Shown in pieces: positions 57,201 through 64,000 of a stretch of 64,000 nt of DNA. Below the pieces are notes generated by a model. That model saw only the letters and a program-made list of their open reading frames with translations, ran no database searches and was not told the DNA's origin. The translations under genes were made by a program, and so were the position numbers. Source of the DNA: a virus. The stretch's first letter is position 1; each line of letters starts with the position of its first letter. Where the stretch lies: IMG/VR virus record IMGVR_UViG_3300021368_000003, positions 1-64,000 of that record. The stretch is one strand, 5' to 3'.

Positions 57201-58685
57201 GACGTAACCTCTTGCACCAGAAGAACGACCAATCAGAACTTCACCATCAATAATGCTTTGTGAAGAAGCAAAGTTGATAGCAGTGAACATATTGATGTCG
57301 AAGAGGAAGCACTTATACTTTGATCCATCAACTTCAAGTTGCAGGACTCTTGCTTTACCAATCAGGTTACCCTGAGCAGTTTGAGAAGGACCAGAACCTG
57401 ACCAGTCATCTCTAAGGTCAACAGTCTGATAGCAATGAGTAACACCCTCACCAGATAGTCTTGGCCAACCCCAGATGTCATATACCTCTACTGCCTGTGA
57501 CAGGTCAACAGGGATGATTTGGTTTTGGCGACCAACAAAAGTACGTGGTTTAGGAGAGTCAACATAGGTAGAAGCAAGCAGTGAAGTTCTATAACCTTTC
57601 ACATATGCTTTACCAGGTCCAACTTCAATAGCAGCGAAGTTCTCGGATGCAACTTGTCCCTCAGGACTGGTTGATCCAGGAAGATATACACCGTTATTGA
57701 ACTGATCGTTCAGGTGCTCTCTTGCTCTAACATCAAAGGTATCGACAACATAGTCGCCATGTGTCTCATACGTTCTACGAGCAATCGACTTTTCGATCTC
57801 GTTATATTCCGTACGGTCAACAAAGTTCTCAACAGTCGAGTTCCTGATGCGAAGCAGTTCGATGAAGTTCTTGTCAGTATCGTCATCGATTGGCTTCTTA
57901 ACAAGTTGTGTCTTGATTCTGAATCGGTGACCACCAGGAGCAGAGTAGTTGGACGAACCAATGGCATTGTCCGTAAGTGACGGATCATCCTCAGGTGTGA
58001 TAATTGATTCGCTAACTTCAAATCCAACTCTGTAACTTGGGTTGTTGTCGTACTGTTCAAGGATAATATATGCGGACTGAATATCAACAAAGTGACCACG
58101 GATAAAGTAGACACCATCACTAATATAAGCAGTGGATCCAACTTCACTAGCATTTACAGGAAGCAGCTGAGCAAAAGGAGATCCAACTTCGATCAAACTA
58201 TTACCGAAGGTGATCTCATCTTCAACGATCAACTGTTCGTTGTTCTGGAATTTCTTAGTCGTTACATCAGAAGTAGTGTCCCCAGACTCCACATATTTGA
58301 TGTAGAACGTGATGTATCCACGAGAAGATGTAGTAGCAGGAATCGAGTAAAGGACTTTCGCTTTGATGCCCGTCGTCAGTCCTTCAATGATTTTGCCACT
58401 CAACTGTGATCTGTATGTTTCAACGTCAACCCCCAGGAATGACTGCTGAATCAGAACACAATCTACGTTCAGGTCATAACCCACCTGTCCTGGGATGACC
58501 ATAGCACCTTCCTTAAATAGGTGCTGTCCCATTGCTTCGATCTGATTTTGCAGGATCGATTGCATGGTCGTAAGTTCCCTTGCCTGAATTGGAAATCCAG
58601 GTCGGAAGAGAACTCTGTAAAAGTTTTTATCCTTATCGAAATCGTCGAAATAAGGAGCAATGTTTAGATTAGTATTCTGGGGCAT
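51246..58685 (-). CDS. Large virion structural protein (VrlC/DUF4815-like, 2479 aa)
   Basis: PYFDDF...FYRVLFRPG..QARELT..QS, ARRTYE..GDY, LEYYTSLSLLE, KNGF.VD.F, DPLAQSF, LFKSQN.STW. Confidence 0.9.
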   Translation of the reverse strand: MPQNTNLNIAPYFDDFDKDKNFYRVLFRPGFPIQARELTTMQSILQNQIEAMGQHLFKEGAMVIPGQVGYDLNVDCVLIQQSFLGVDVETYRSQLSGKIIEGLTTGIKAKVLYSIPATTSSRGYITFYIKYVESGDTTSDVTTKKFQNNEQLIVEDEITFGNSLIEVGSPFAQLLPVNASEVGSTAYISDGVYFIRGHFVDIQSAYIILEQYDNNPSYRVGFEVSESIITPEDDPSLTDNAIGSSNYSAPGGHRFRIKTQLVKKPIDDDTDKNFIELLRIRNSTVENFVDRTEYNEIEKSIARRTYETHGDYVVDTFDVRAREHLNDQFNNGVYLPGSTSPEGQVASENFAAIEVGPGKAYVKGYRTSLLASTYVDSPKPRTFVGRQNQIIPVDLSQAVEVYDIWGWPRLSGEGVTHCYQTVDLRDDWSGSGPSQTAQGNLIGKARVLQLEVDGSKYKCFLFDINMFTAINFASSQSIIDGEVLIGRSSGARGYVHSAAADYAMLHQVSGQFQVGEVIERDGRVLDTCSAVFSYEQSDIRQMVGYDTPTGSTIIFTASLALNESIALTGKTITVDKANDVTGFDTAFAADLRPGDVISPVATDNKGSTSLRVRRVDGTNIAFTALNRKSSGTTPVFDFGLQVAKLDNSLIKNGGNIANQEYNATQFTRLRPVFTQKNTRDGELAIDMPKKAIKAISDESFISIRTFANKQLSSGDVSFTLPENEQFTTLDGENYILAIETGSNTHTGYGWSPGTVLDIEEESEKQNPTISVSFGANRQSLQITGINNGSGGTSNISRVTLTAAVSVNTVSKKIKTAAKMRTMKVIRTRNQNDVLNYGLAFGNLYGTRIEDEEISFALNDVYKIHAVYESTDEQDAQVPYVVLTENVYFDNGSVVVGRTSNARGRVVSFNSNNNRLYIVSLSAETFQTGETIDGFDDELNKLVAVIEDGDGSVERGSKDITGNFELEPNITPFFYGVSKLIRKAGTSEPKRKLAVVFDYFIHEASGDYFSNQSYTGINFSEIPKYRTERNSKDLTDAIDFRPAVGELASGSGTVEQPYYTNCKSLDFDSRVFTSTGGAGGSTIFNLPKVEEQFRADYEYYLPRQDKLFMTHDGDLKLSMGVPNEDPPEADNIDNAMLLAKIQYEPYVYDVEEDILITLHQQRRYTMEDIGNMDRRLQSLEYYTSLSLLEADARNVKAYDGDGFDRLKNGFMVDDFTDHSTSATDDDDYKCSLDFTEGVLRPSHYTQNISLRYNRTASTNIVWHGGRQLRRGKNGSNILTLPFVEEAVIVQPYASRMENVNPFNVFTFIGRIDLLPASDDWVDTRRVPARVTSIEGNFQATRRRFRTNNRGFAPVQWRAWRTAWTGTRRTNGRAWRETSFRRGVPRRIMASTTTVTTRRQVRSGTRIRVVPRVDRRSLGDSVIDSTFIPWIRSRNVAFDVERIKPKTRMYAFFDGDNVMQYITPKLIELVKNSSEDPSTNETPFVIGETVIGLNSGCRLKVVAPNDGLTTNSYTATNDTLPDSYASQTAVLNIDTNEMAAQTQGTAYGNVAVGEVLVGRTSGARAVVKDRRLISDLLGIVKGTFFIPNPRRNSNPRWATGTRVMRLTSSDSDSRLPGAVDSAAEAEYSARGTLNTVQENILAVRNARIVRDTVRDRRTVRSVRTNTRQVGWWDPLAQSFLLEAVGGSFVTGVDIFFATKDQKIPISMQIRPMENGYPTKDILPFSDCTLIPSQVEISENASIATRFEFPAPVYIPESEEHCFVLFSDSNEYKVWISRMGDIDITGTRTISEQPYAGVLFKSQNASTWTADQYEDLKFNLYRAKFDTTVTGSAVFNNAQLGRGNDGLASLINNPVSTIQPKQELTLVTGTSYNFTVGARIIQTPSNAQATVLEFDSVSNPQKLTVTDITGTFVQGIVDNQGAITNGLKSSQSTVTLVMSTVNNGTFEAGDVITGSSSGATAVVTDYNSGTSTITANYVDKQFDTANDTLSEPGGVSGTISSATYGGDSYTGYPVSQPSLRTVDKKVVVMHPNHGMHNRSNNVEITNVESEVGSTTLTSNLSSTATTLSVANAGSFHKVINGKPISTTNPGYLMLVGEDSRATGLRPPTPPGGDDDATEAWRCIRHVIQRKEIIAYSAISDNGKEITVAPSGRGITSDVMNTGAALSWDAETEVQCYNLDGIPLTEINKIHTGIGDPTLDTYSLPTQSVASVGIVGGGPNVSASQNIPFELITPTIQILQFKETDVSPTLNTTSGTSIGNGGQIVDQASFVNNGTYDEIQLNEENYYDNPRIIASDINEANKLEGSKSLTLRISMTTEKENLSPVIDLDRVSVITTSNRINEWPGGPQVLGLQSEIDTTSDVSLLNSGDQNDAVYLTKVAQLANVSRSIRLMISMQRYGDSNIDVYYRIRKPGSDKPIQESGFIKIPVPDVGSTNVGEEEWEDFEYTVEGEEFQAFQIKIVMKSKSQAKVPLIKDLRAIAFAS

Positions 58686-58688
58686 CTC

Positions 58689-60224
58689 TTAGAACTCGAT
58701 TACGATTTTGATATCTTCAATTTGGTCGCCAGCACGAGAAATCGCGCCTCTGTTATCTATGTAGATGATTTCGCCAGAGTTCGGTTCGATTTCAGGTTTG
58801 GCATAACCGTTAGTGAAGGACATACCCAAGTCATACTCAGTGTTGTTAATAACACGAGTAGAGACACCAGACACAACGGGGAAGTTGATATCAGGGTCTG
58901 CTGATGTACCAGAGGTAGAACCCGTCACTGGGTTACCTCCTTCAAACTCGGTAAGGTTACCAGTAATTTCTGGGAACACACCATCAATTCTGTTCTGATA
59001 GTATTTAAGAACTTTGGTAGTGGCGTTCCAGGAAATGACACGACCACGGGCAGTTACCTGCTGACCACCAACCGTTCTAGACTGAGTAATAATCTCGTCA
59101 GTTTGGAACTGACCAGTAAAGGTTGGAGAGAAGATAACAGCACGAGTAGCAGACAACGTAATCGCAGACGTTAGTTCTGTCGTACCATACTGGTTAGGAT
59201 TGATAACGAGACCAATACGGCGATAGTCGTTATCAGTAGGGAAGTCACCCGATCCTTCATCGTAGGTGAACTTCGTGTTGATCATCACTCTGTAACCACC
59301 AAGTTCTTTGGTAGGATCAGAACCATGACCAGTGTCAGGAGGAATAATAACGTCGATAGCAGCACCCGTTCCAGTACCAGCACCAATACCGTTGATCTCA
59401 TCGATCACGATCTTACCGAAGGTGTAACCAGAACCACCAGAAGTCACAGTTGCCGAAACAACTTTACCACCATCAACCACCAGAGAAACACGACCACCAA
59501 CGCCGTCGCCCTTAATGGGAACGTTTTCGTAGGTGCCGTTGTTATATCCAGTACCAGATGCTTGAATAACCACAGTGTCGATCTCACCACCGACAGCATC
59601 ACCAGTCACAGCGATATCGCTGAGCACAGGCATGTAATCATTCGAGAAGAATTTCAGAACCTGACCAACAGGGATCGTATAAAGATACTTCCAACGGTAG
59701 CCATCAGAAGTGGTAATAATTGAAGTGGAGGTGCCAGTAGGCTCAACAGTAGAAGGTTTACCGTTAGGATCAGAAGGACTGGTGCCGTTGTAAATGCACT
59801 TGTATACTTGGTACTGCGAGTTAACAACGTAGAAATCTGCGTCGTAAAGTTTCGTAGCACCCGACGATGCCGTCTTGGTCGAGGAGTAATCATGACGATA
59901 CATATCATAAACGTAACCCAGACCACCAGTGGTTTGTTCTGGGGGTGTCCAGTCAATACGACGAACTACTTGAATCGTGTCATTTGCAAGAACACGCTTC
60001 AACGAAATCATGTCTGAAAACGTATCACTAAACTCTTGGAACGAGTCAATAGGAGTCGGCGGTGCGTTTTCGTTGTCCCATTCTTGGGGACGACCAATGA
60101 AAACGTACAGACGGTCTCTATTAGAACCCGCTACAAGGTCAGACTGCGTAGGGTCGGCACCCTCCAACGACTTAATAAATCGCTTCGCAGTAAAAATCCT
60201 AAATTGGTCGGTGAGAAGTGCCAT
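58689..60224 (-). CDS. gp8: Baseplate wedge protein gp8
   Basis: TDQFRI, FIGRP..W, VYKC, DGY.WKYLY, GHG.D...ELG, SGEIIY.DNR, EDIKI..EF. Confidence 0.93.
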   Translation of the reverse strand: MALLTDQFRIFTAKRFIKSLEGADPTQSDLVAGSNRDRLYVFIGRPQEWDNENAPPTPIDSFQEFSDTFSDMISLKRVLANDTIQVVRRIDWTPPEQTTGGLGYVYDMYRHDYSSTKTASSGATKLYDADFYVVNSQYQVYKCIYNGTSPSDPNGKPSTVEPTGTSTSIITTSDGYRWKYLYTIPVGQVLKFFSNDYMPVLSDIAVTGDAVGGEIDTVVIQASGTGYNNGTYENVPIKGDGVGGRVSLVVDGGKVVSATVTSGGSGYTFGKIVIDEINGIGAGTGTGAAIDVIIPPDTGHGSDPTKELGGYRVMINTKFTYDEGSGDFPTDNDYRRIGLVINPNQYGTTELTSAITLSATRAVIFSPTFTGQFQTDEIITQSRTVGGQQVTARGRVISWNATTKVLKYYQNRIDGVFPEITGNLTEFEGGNPVTGSTSGTSADPDINFPVVSGVSTRVINNTEYDLGMSFTNGYAKPEIEPNSGEIIYIDNRGAISRAGDQIEDIKIVIEF

Positions 60225-60246
60225 CTTTTAGAAATTACCTTCTTTT

Positions 60247-60254
60247 TATTTATG
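60247..60254 (-). promoter_or_regulatory. Late promoter CATAAATA (gp8)
   Basis: NATAAATA upstream of gp8. Confidence 0.8.
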
Positions 60255-60257
60255 TGT

Positions 60258-62144
60258 TTACTCAGGCTCCTTTCTCACAAGGTTAGTGTATTCTTGCGAG
60301 ACAAACGTGCCGTTTGCACCACTTCCGCCACCAGTGATAGTATCGGAGGTAGTAAATTTATAGGTAGTGCCATTGTTGGTTATACCTGTAACCTTCAAAG
60401 TCTTGTAACCATATGCATCTTCTGCTGACTGAATCTCAGCAACGGTAGCAGTTACACCAGTCACAGAACCCGTGACAGTTTCTCCTACTGTATAGTTACC
60501 GCCTGCATGGTTTTTGAGTTTGAGGGTGGATGCTGAAATGTGTTCAACTCCATCATCGAGTTCGCCAGCAGTTTGCACAGAAGCAGTAAGGGGCACAAGA
60601 CTTGAATCATACAGTTCATCTCCAACTTGGAATAGAGTGGTGTTTTGTCCACCAACAGTTTCTTCAATACCGTAAAGGGTGGAAGCAATACCACCATCCA
60701 AACTGATTTCATCTTCAAAGTCTGTACCAGTATTTACCAAGTCAGGAATGCCATCACCTGCACCATCCAACTCATCATCATCTTCAAACTTAAATCCTTC
60801 TAAGACACTAATAGGATTCTCAAAGGTGACGATAGATGAATTCTCATCTTCTACCAGAGGGTGTGGTCCAACACCAGTACCAGATGATGCTGATGTACCA
60901 GCGATGAATTGAATCACCGAGGTCTTTTCATTAGATCTACCGCCATCAATAAACGCTAGTTCATCGACTTGGAAGATTAGAAATAGTTCTCTGGTTTCTG
61001 GTCGCCAGTCATAAACAATAGCGACCTTGTTAGATTTATCTTCCTGTACTCTTCTGACACGATCAGATACAGTAAAGTTGTAACCAGATCCACCACCAGG
61101 TAGATCAGCAAGACTGTCTAAGATAACACGCTGGTCATAACGGAAGTTAATACCTCTATCACATCCAGTGAAGGAGATAGGTGTCTTACCTGTATATCTA
61201 ACAATCTCTCTGCCGATCTGGAACTTACCAGAACCAGGGAATGCAGCAGTGGTCTCGATGTATATCGTAGTATCCGTTGCTGTTGCATCACGGATAAGAG
61301 CACTGATCTCATAGAAGTCAGAGACCAGAGAAGTTCTATTTCGTTGTGTACGAATCAGGTTAGTATCTCTGGTGAAGATAACCTGAGGAGGAGATGTGTA
61401 TCCACCACCAGAATTGAGTAGATCGATTGATTCAATTCTACCCAGATTGATAGTTGCTTCTGCCTGAGCACCAGATCCACCACCACCAATAATCTGAATC
61501 AGAGGAGGGGTCTCAAAGAATTCACCAGGGTTGGTAACATTGATTGCTTCGATCTTACCGAACTGATTAACCTCAGCAACACCTTCGGCGTTCTGTCCAC
61601 CACCACCAGAAATAACAATAGTAATATCTTCGGCGGTATAGTTTCTACCGTTGTTCTCAACGGCAAGACCAGTTACCTGACCAGTAGTAGGAACAAGTTC
61701 AGCACCAGATCCACCACCACCTTCAAGTCTTGCAGTAGCATCAAAATAACCATCACCAGGTCTAGTCACCTGAATGTAGTTTACAGATCCAGCAGGTGCA
61801 AGAATAGTAGATCCATCAGGACCATATTGATCCTCTTCCCAAAGCACAATGTTTGCGTCTGCTTGGGTGATACCAGTATCAGTAGAATCGATGACCAAAC
61901 GCAAGGGATTATATCCTTCACCAGGATCGATTACATCAACAGATAAGATCTCTCCGTTGTCTGCAATGTTTGCTCTTAGAACAGCGTCTCTGATCGGGGT
62001 GCCACAGTTGCCAATAGACAACTTCGGTGGATCGTTGGGATCATACCCACTTCCACCATTTGTTACAATTACGTCCTTTACACCATATACACTATTGAAT
62101 ACGGGACGAATTGCTGCACCTGATCCTGGGACTGTTCTTGGCAT
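60258..62144 (-). CDS. Virion structural/baseplate-associated protein
   Basis: Repeated V.N.G.GY...P...GGGG.GA motifs; in the baseplate cluster. Confidence 0.8.
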   Translation of the reverse strand: MPRTVPGSGAAIRPVFNSVYGVKDVIVTNGGSGYDPNDPPKLSIGNCGTPIRDAVLRANIADNGEILSVDVIDPGEGYNPLRLVIDSTDTGITQADANIVLWEEDQYGPDGSTILAPAGSVNYIQVTRPGDGYFDATARLEGGGGSGAELVPTTGQVTGLAVENNGRNYTAEDITIVISGGGGQNAEGVAEVNQFGKIEAINVTNPGEFFETPPLIQIIGGGGSGAQAEATINLGRIESIDLLNSGGGYTSPPQVIFTRDTNLIRTQRNRTSLVSDFYEISALIRDATATDTTIYIETTAAFPGSGKFQIGREIVRYTGKTPISFTGCDRGINFRYDQRVILDSLADLPGGGSGYNFTVSDRVRRVQEDKSNKVAIVYDWRPETRELFLIFQVDELAFIDGGRSNEKTSVIQFIAGTSASSGTGVGPHPLVEDENSSIVTFENPISVLEGFKFEDDDELDGAGDGIPDLVNTGTDFEDEISLDGGIASTLYGIEETVGGQNTTLFQVGDELYDSSLVPLTASVQTAGELDDGVEHISASTLKLKNHAGGNYTVGETVTGSVTGVTATVAEIQSAEDAYGYKTLKVTGITNNGTTYKFTTSDTITGGGSGANGTFVSQEYTNLVRKEPE

Positions 62145-63628
62145 TAGACTACTACGATATTACCTTGCATGTTTCCATGAATAGTACACTGATAAACATA
62201 TGTTGTACCAGCAGCAAGATTCATAGGAACTGTCCAGAATTGAACAGAACTTTGACTTCCAGTTGTACCACTAATAGCAGAACCACCAGCACTCACTCTC
62301 AGTGCGAGAGGGTGTCCAGATCCAGTAGTGTTGTCAAATCTGTAAGTAAATCCACGATACACATACAGGGTGGGGTCGTTTGCAGATACACCACCACCCG
62401 TTACAGTGTAATTGTTGGAGTCAGAAGCACTAAACTCAAAGTTGATACAAGGAGTTGCTACTGCTTCAAATGAGGATCCGTTGTGGACGAGAGTTTGTCC
62501 TTCCTGAGCACTGGGTAGTGCGACAGTGTTTGTAATAGTAAGCGTTGACCCAGACACAGCAGTAGTGATCCCAGTCCCACCAGCGATCGTGATAGTAGAA
62601 TCGGCAGCCGCAGCAGTATAGGAACCTGAGTCACCCGCAGCAGTTTGGAGTACGTTTTGTACGACGTTGGGGGAGTCATTCGTGAATGTGATAGCGCCAG
62701 CGTTTAGGTTGGTGCTAATTCCACTACCACCAGTAAAAGTAATAGTATCAGTGGTTGTAGTCGCTGTTGTTGTTCCGTTGTCAGCACCGAGAGTCGTAAA
62801 TACATTCTGATTCAGATCACCCAGTGTACCAGTCATGTCGATGGTGAGTGTATCACCAGACATTGTGGTAGAGATGTTCGTACCGCCGACAATGTTGAGA
62901 GTGTCGTTAGCAGCAGAAGCAGTTGTTGTTCCTGTGTCGCCTGTGAAGGTTTCAAAGAGGTTTTGAGTGGTTCCACCACCGCCGCCACCAGATCCTTGTA
63001 GATCGTTAGCAGGTTGCCAAGCAGAAGCAGATGCTACCCATTTCAGAACCTGACCATCAGACGGACCACCATTAACAGTGGTATCAACGTCAGACAGAAC
63101 AGTAATACTTTGGTTCTCATCTACCAGGGGGACCCAAGCGGCAGAGTGAGCAAAATATGCTTTGCCAGTGCCATGAACGTGAGCAAGCATACCGTGATGG
63201 TTAGTCGCATCAGGAAGGTCGCCCAGAGTAGCGTAAGGGGCATACCATTTGAGATATCCATCGTCACCGTCAATGTAAGTGTAAGCAGATCCAGACCCAC
63301 CTGCCCAGAGTTTGATATCCCCAGTTCCAGTTTGATAAATTACGATATTGTCAGTTCCATCAGACGTGATCTGATGACCATTAGTATCCAGGTTACCAGT
63401 CAGCGTGTCAAAGTTTCCAGCACGAAAAGCAGCACTAGGTGACGTGCCCCATTTCAGAACCTGACCCTCAGTAATACCAGCACCGATATCAAACAAGATA
63501 TCAGTTTGGTTACCTAGTTTCTCATAGAGTTCATTAAAATTGGAGTTTGCTTTGATGGCACCATCACGGAGGGTATCACCCGTTCCGTCATTCGCCGCAG
63601 AACCAATGCCAATCGTCTGTTTTGCCAT
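62144..63628 (-). CDS. Baseplate/fibre protein with gp9/gp10-like N-terminus and C-terminal cupredoxin-like domain
   Basis: MAKQ.I.IG...NDGTGD.LR.G..K.N.NF.E.Y; C-terminal GHP...YQCTIHGNM.G. Confidence 0.8.
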   Translation of the reverse strand: MAKQTIGIGSAANDGTGDTLRDGAIKANSNFNELYEKLGNQTDILFDIGAGITEGQVLKWGTSPSAAFRAGNFDTLTGNLDTNGHQITSDGTDNIVIYQTGTGDIKLWAGGSGSAYTYIDGDDGYLKWYAPYATLGDLPDATNHHGMLAHVHGTGKAYFAHSAAWVPLVDENQSITVLSDVDTTVNGGPSDGQVLKWVASASAWQPANDLQGSGGGGGGTTQNLFETFTGDTGTTTASAANDTLNIVGGTNISTTMSGDTLTIDMTGTLGDLNQNVFTTLGADNGTTTATTTTDTITFTGGSGISTNLNAGAITFTNDSPNVVQNVLQTAAGDSGSYTAAAADSTITIAGGTGITTAVSGSTLTITNTVALPSAQEGQTLVHNGSSFEAVATPCINFEFSASDSNNYTVTGGGVSANDPTLYVYRGFTYRFDNTTGSGHPLALRVSAGGSAISGTTGSQSSVQFWTVPMNLAAGTTYVYQCTIHGNMQGNIVVV

Positions 63629-63650
63629 CTTCTTACAGTTTGTACGTTGT

Positions 63651-63658
63651 TATTTATG
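63651..63658 (-). promoter_or_regulatory. Late promoter CATAAATA
   Basis: NATAAATA overlapping the stop of the upstream gene. Confidence 0.75.
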
Positions 63659-64000
63659 TTGCGTCAAAAGACACAGTGGTGGAGTCAAGAGTAGATTCGG
63701 TAGAATCGAACGAATCTGCGCTACCACCAGAGAATCCAGTGACAGTCAAAGTCGCAATTTCAGTTTGTAGTGGGGAGTTAGATGCGGGGGTTGCACCAAC
63801 AGGTCCACTAATTTCGCAACGGAACTTATACCCTGTCATATATGACAGAGCAGTAAAAGCATAAGAGCTGCTAGTTGCACCAGTCAGAACTGCGAAGGAG
63901 AAACCACCATCAGTGGATCTATACCATTGATATCGTTTGGGTCCATCTTCGGGACTGATTGCAGCGGTAACCGTAAAGGTAACCAACTGTCCACTTCCAA
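63654..64000 (-). CDS. 3' end of a structural protein with Ig-like domain (truncated at window edge)
   Basis: TFTV.A...YQWY.S..GG....GAT...Y...Y.FRC; frame is open to the edge; FD....D....FD tail. Confidence 0.75.
   Translation of the reverse strand, partial: GSGQLVTFTVTAAISPEDGPKRYQWYRSTDGGFSFAVLTGATSSSYAFTALSYMTGYKFRCEISGPVGATPASNSPLQTEIATLTVTGFSGGSADSFDSTESTLDSTTVSFDAT

Overview
This is a 64 kb segment of a T4-like marine cyanomyophage genome (Kyanoviridae-like, probably infecting Synechococcus), almost all coded on the minus strand. In transcription order (high to low coordinates) it carries baseplate and virion structural genes (gp9/10-like, gp8, a 2479-aa VrlC-like protein), a ~2645-aa tail fibre broken by a 1-nt frameshift, neck and tail genes gp13-gp15, and terminase small subunit gp16. 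The variable gp16-gp17 island follows, with basic putative head-internal proteins and a petE-ptox-ndhP-zwf-gnd auxiliary metabolic operon. Next come gp17-gp23, gp3, uvsY, uvsW, gp55, gp47/46, speD, a VWA-peptidase/CobS-like AAA pair, and the gp45-gp44-gp62-regA replication block interrupted by dam, 2OG-Fe(II) oxygenases, a DenV-like glycosylase and followed by a carbamoyltransferase. At the left end is a convergent cluster of secreted and membrane proteins. The best lead is the 447-aa basic late protein at 37969-39312: it looks like a prohead-protease-processed polyprotein whose last module, after a T4 capsid-targeting-like motif, has the motifs of phage SAM lyases, suggesting a virion-packaged anti-restriction enzyme. 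Other highlights are an ndhP gene missed by the ORF track, an NtcA box with an out-of-frame uORF, and a near-consensus antisense sigma70 promoter back-to-back with the gp55 promoter. No rRNA, tRNA, CRISPR array or IS element was recognised. All family calls come from motif recognition and synteny; no search was run.
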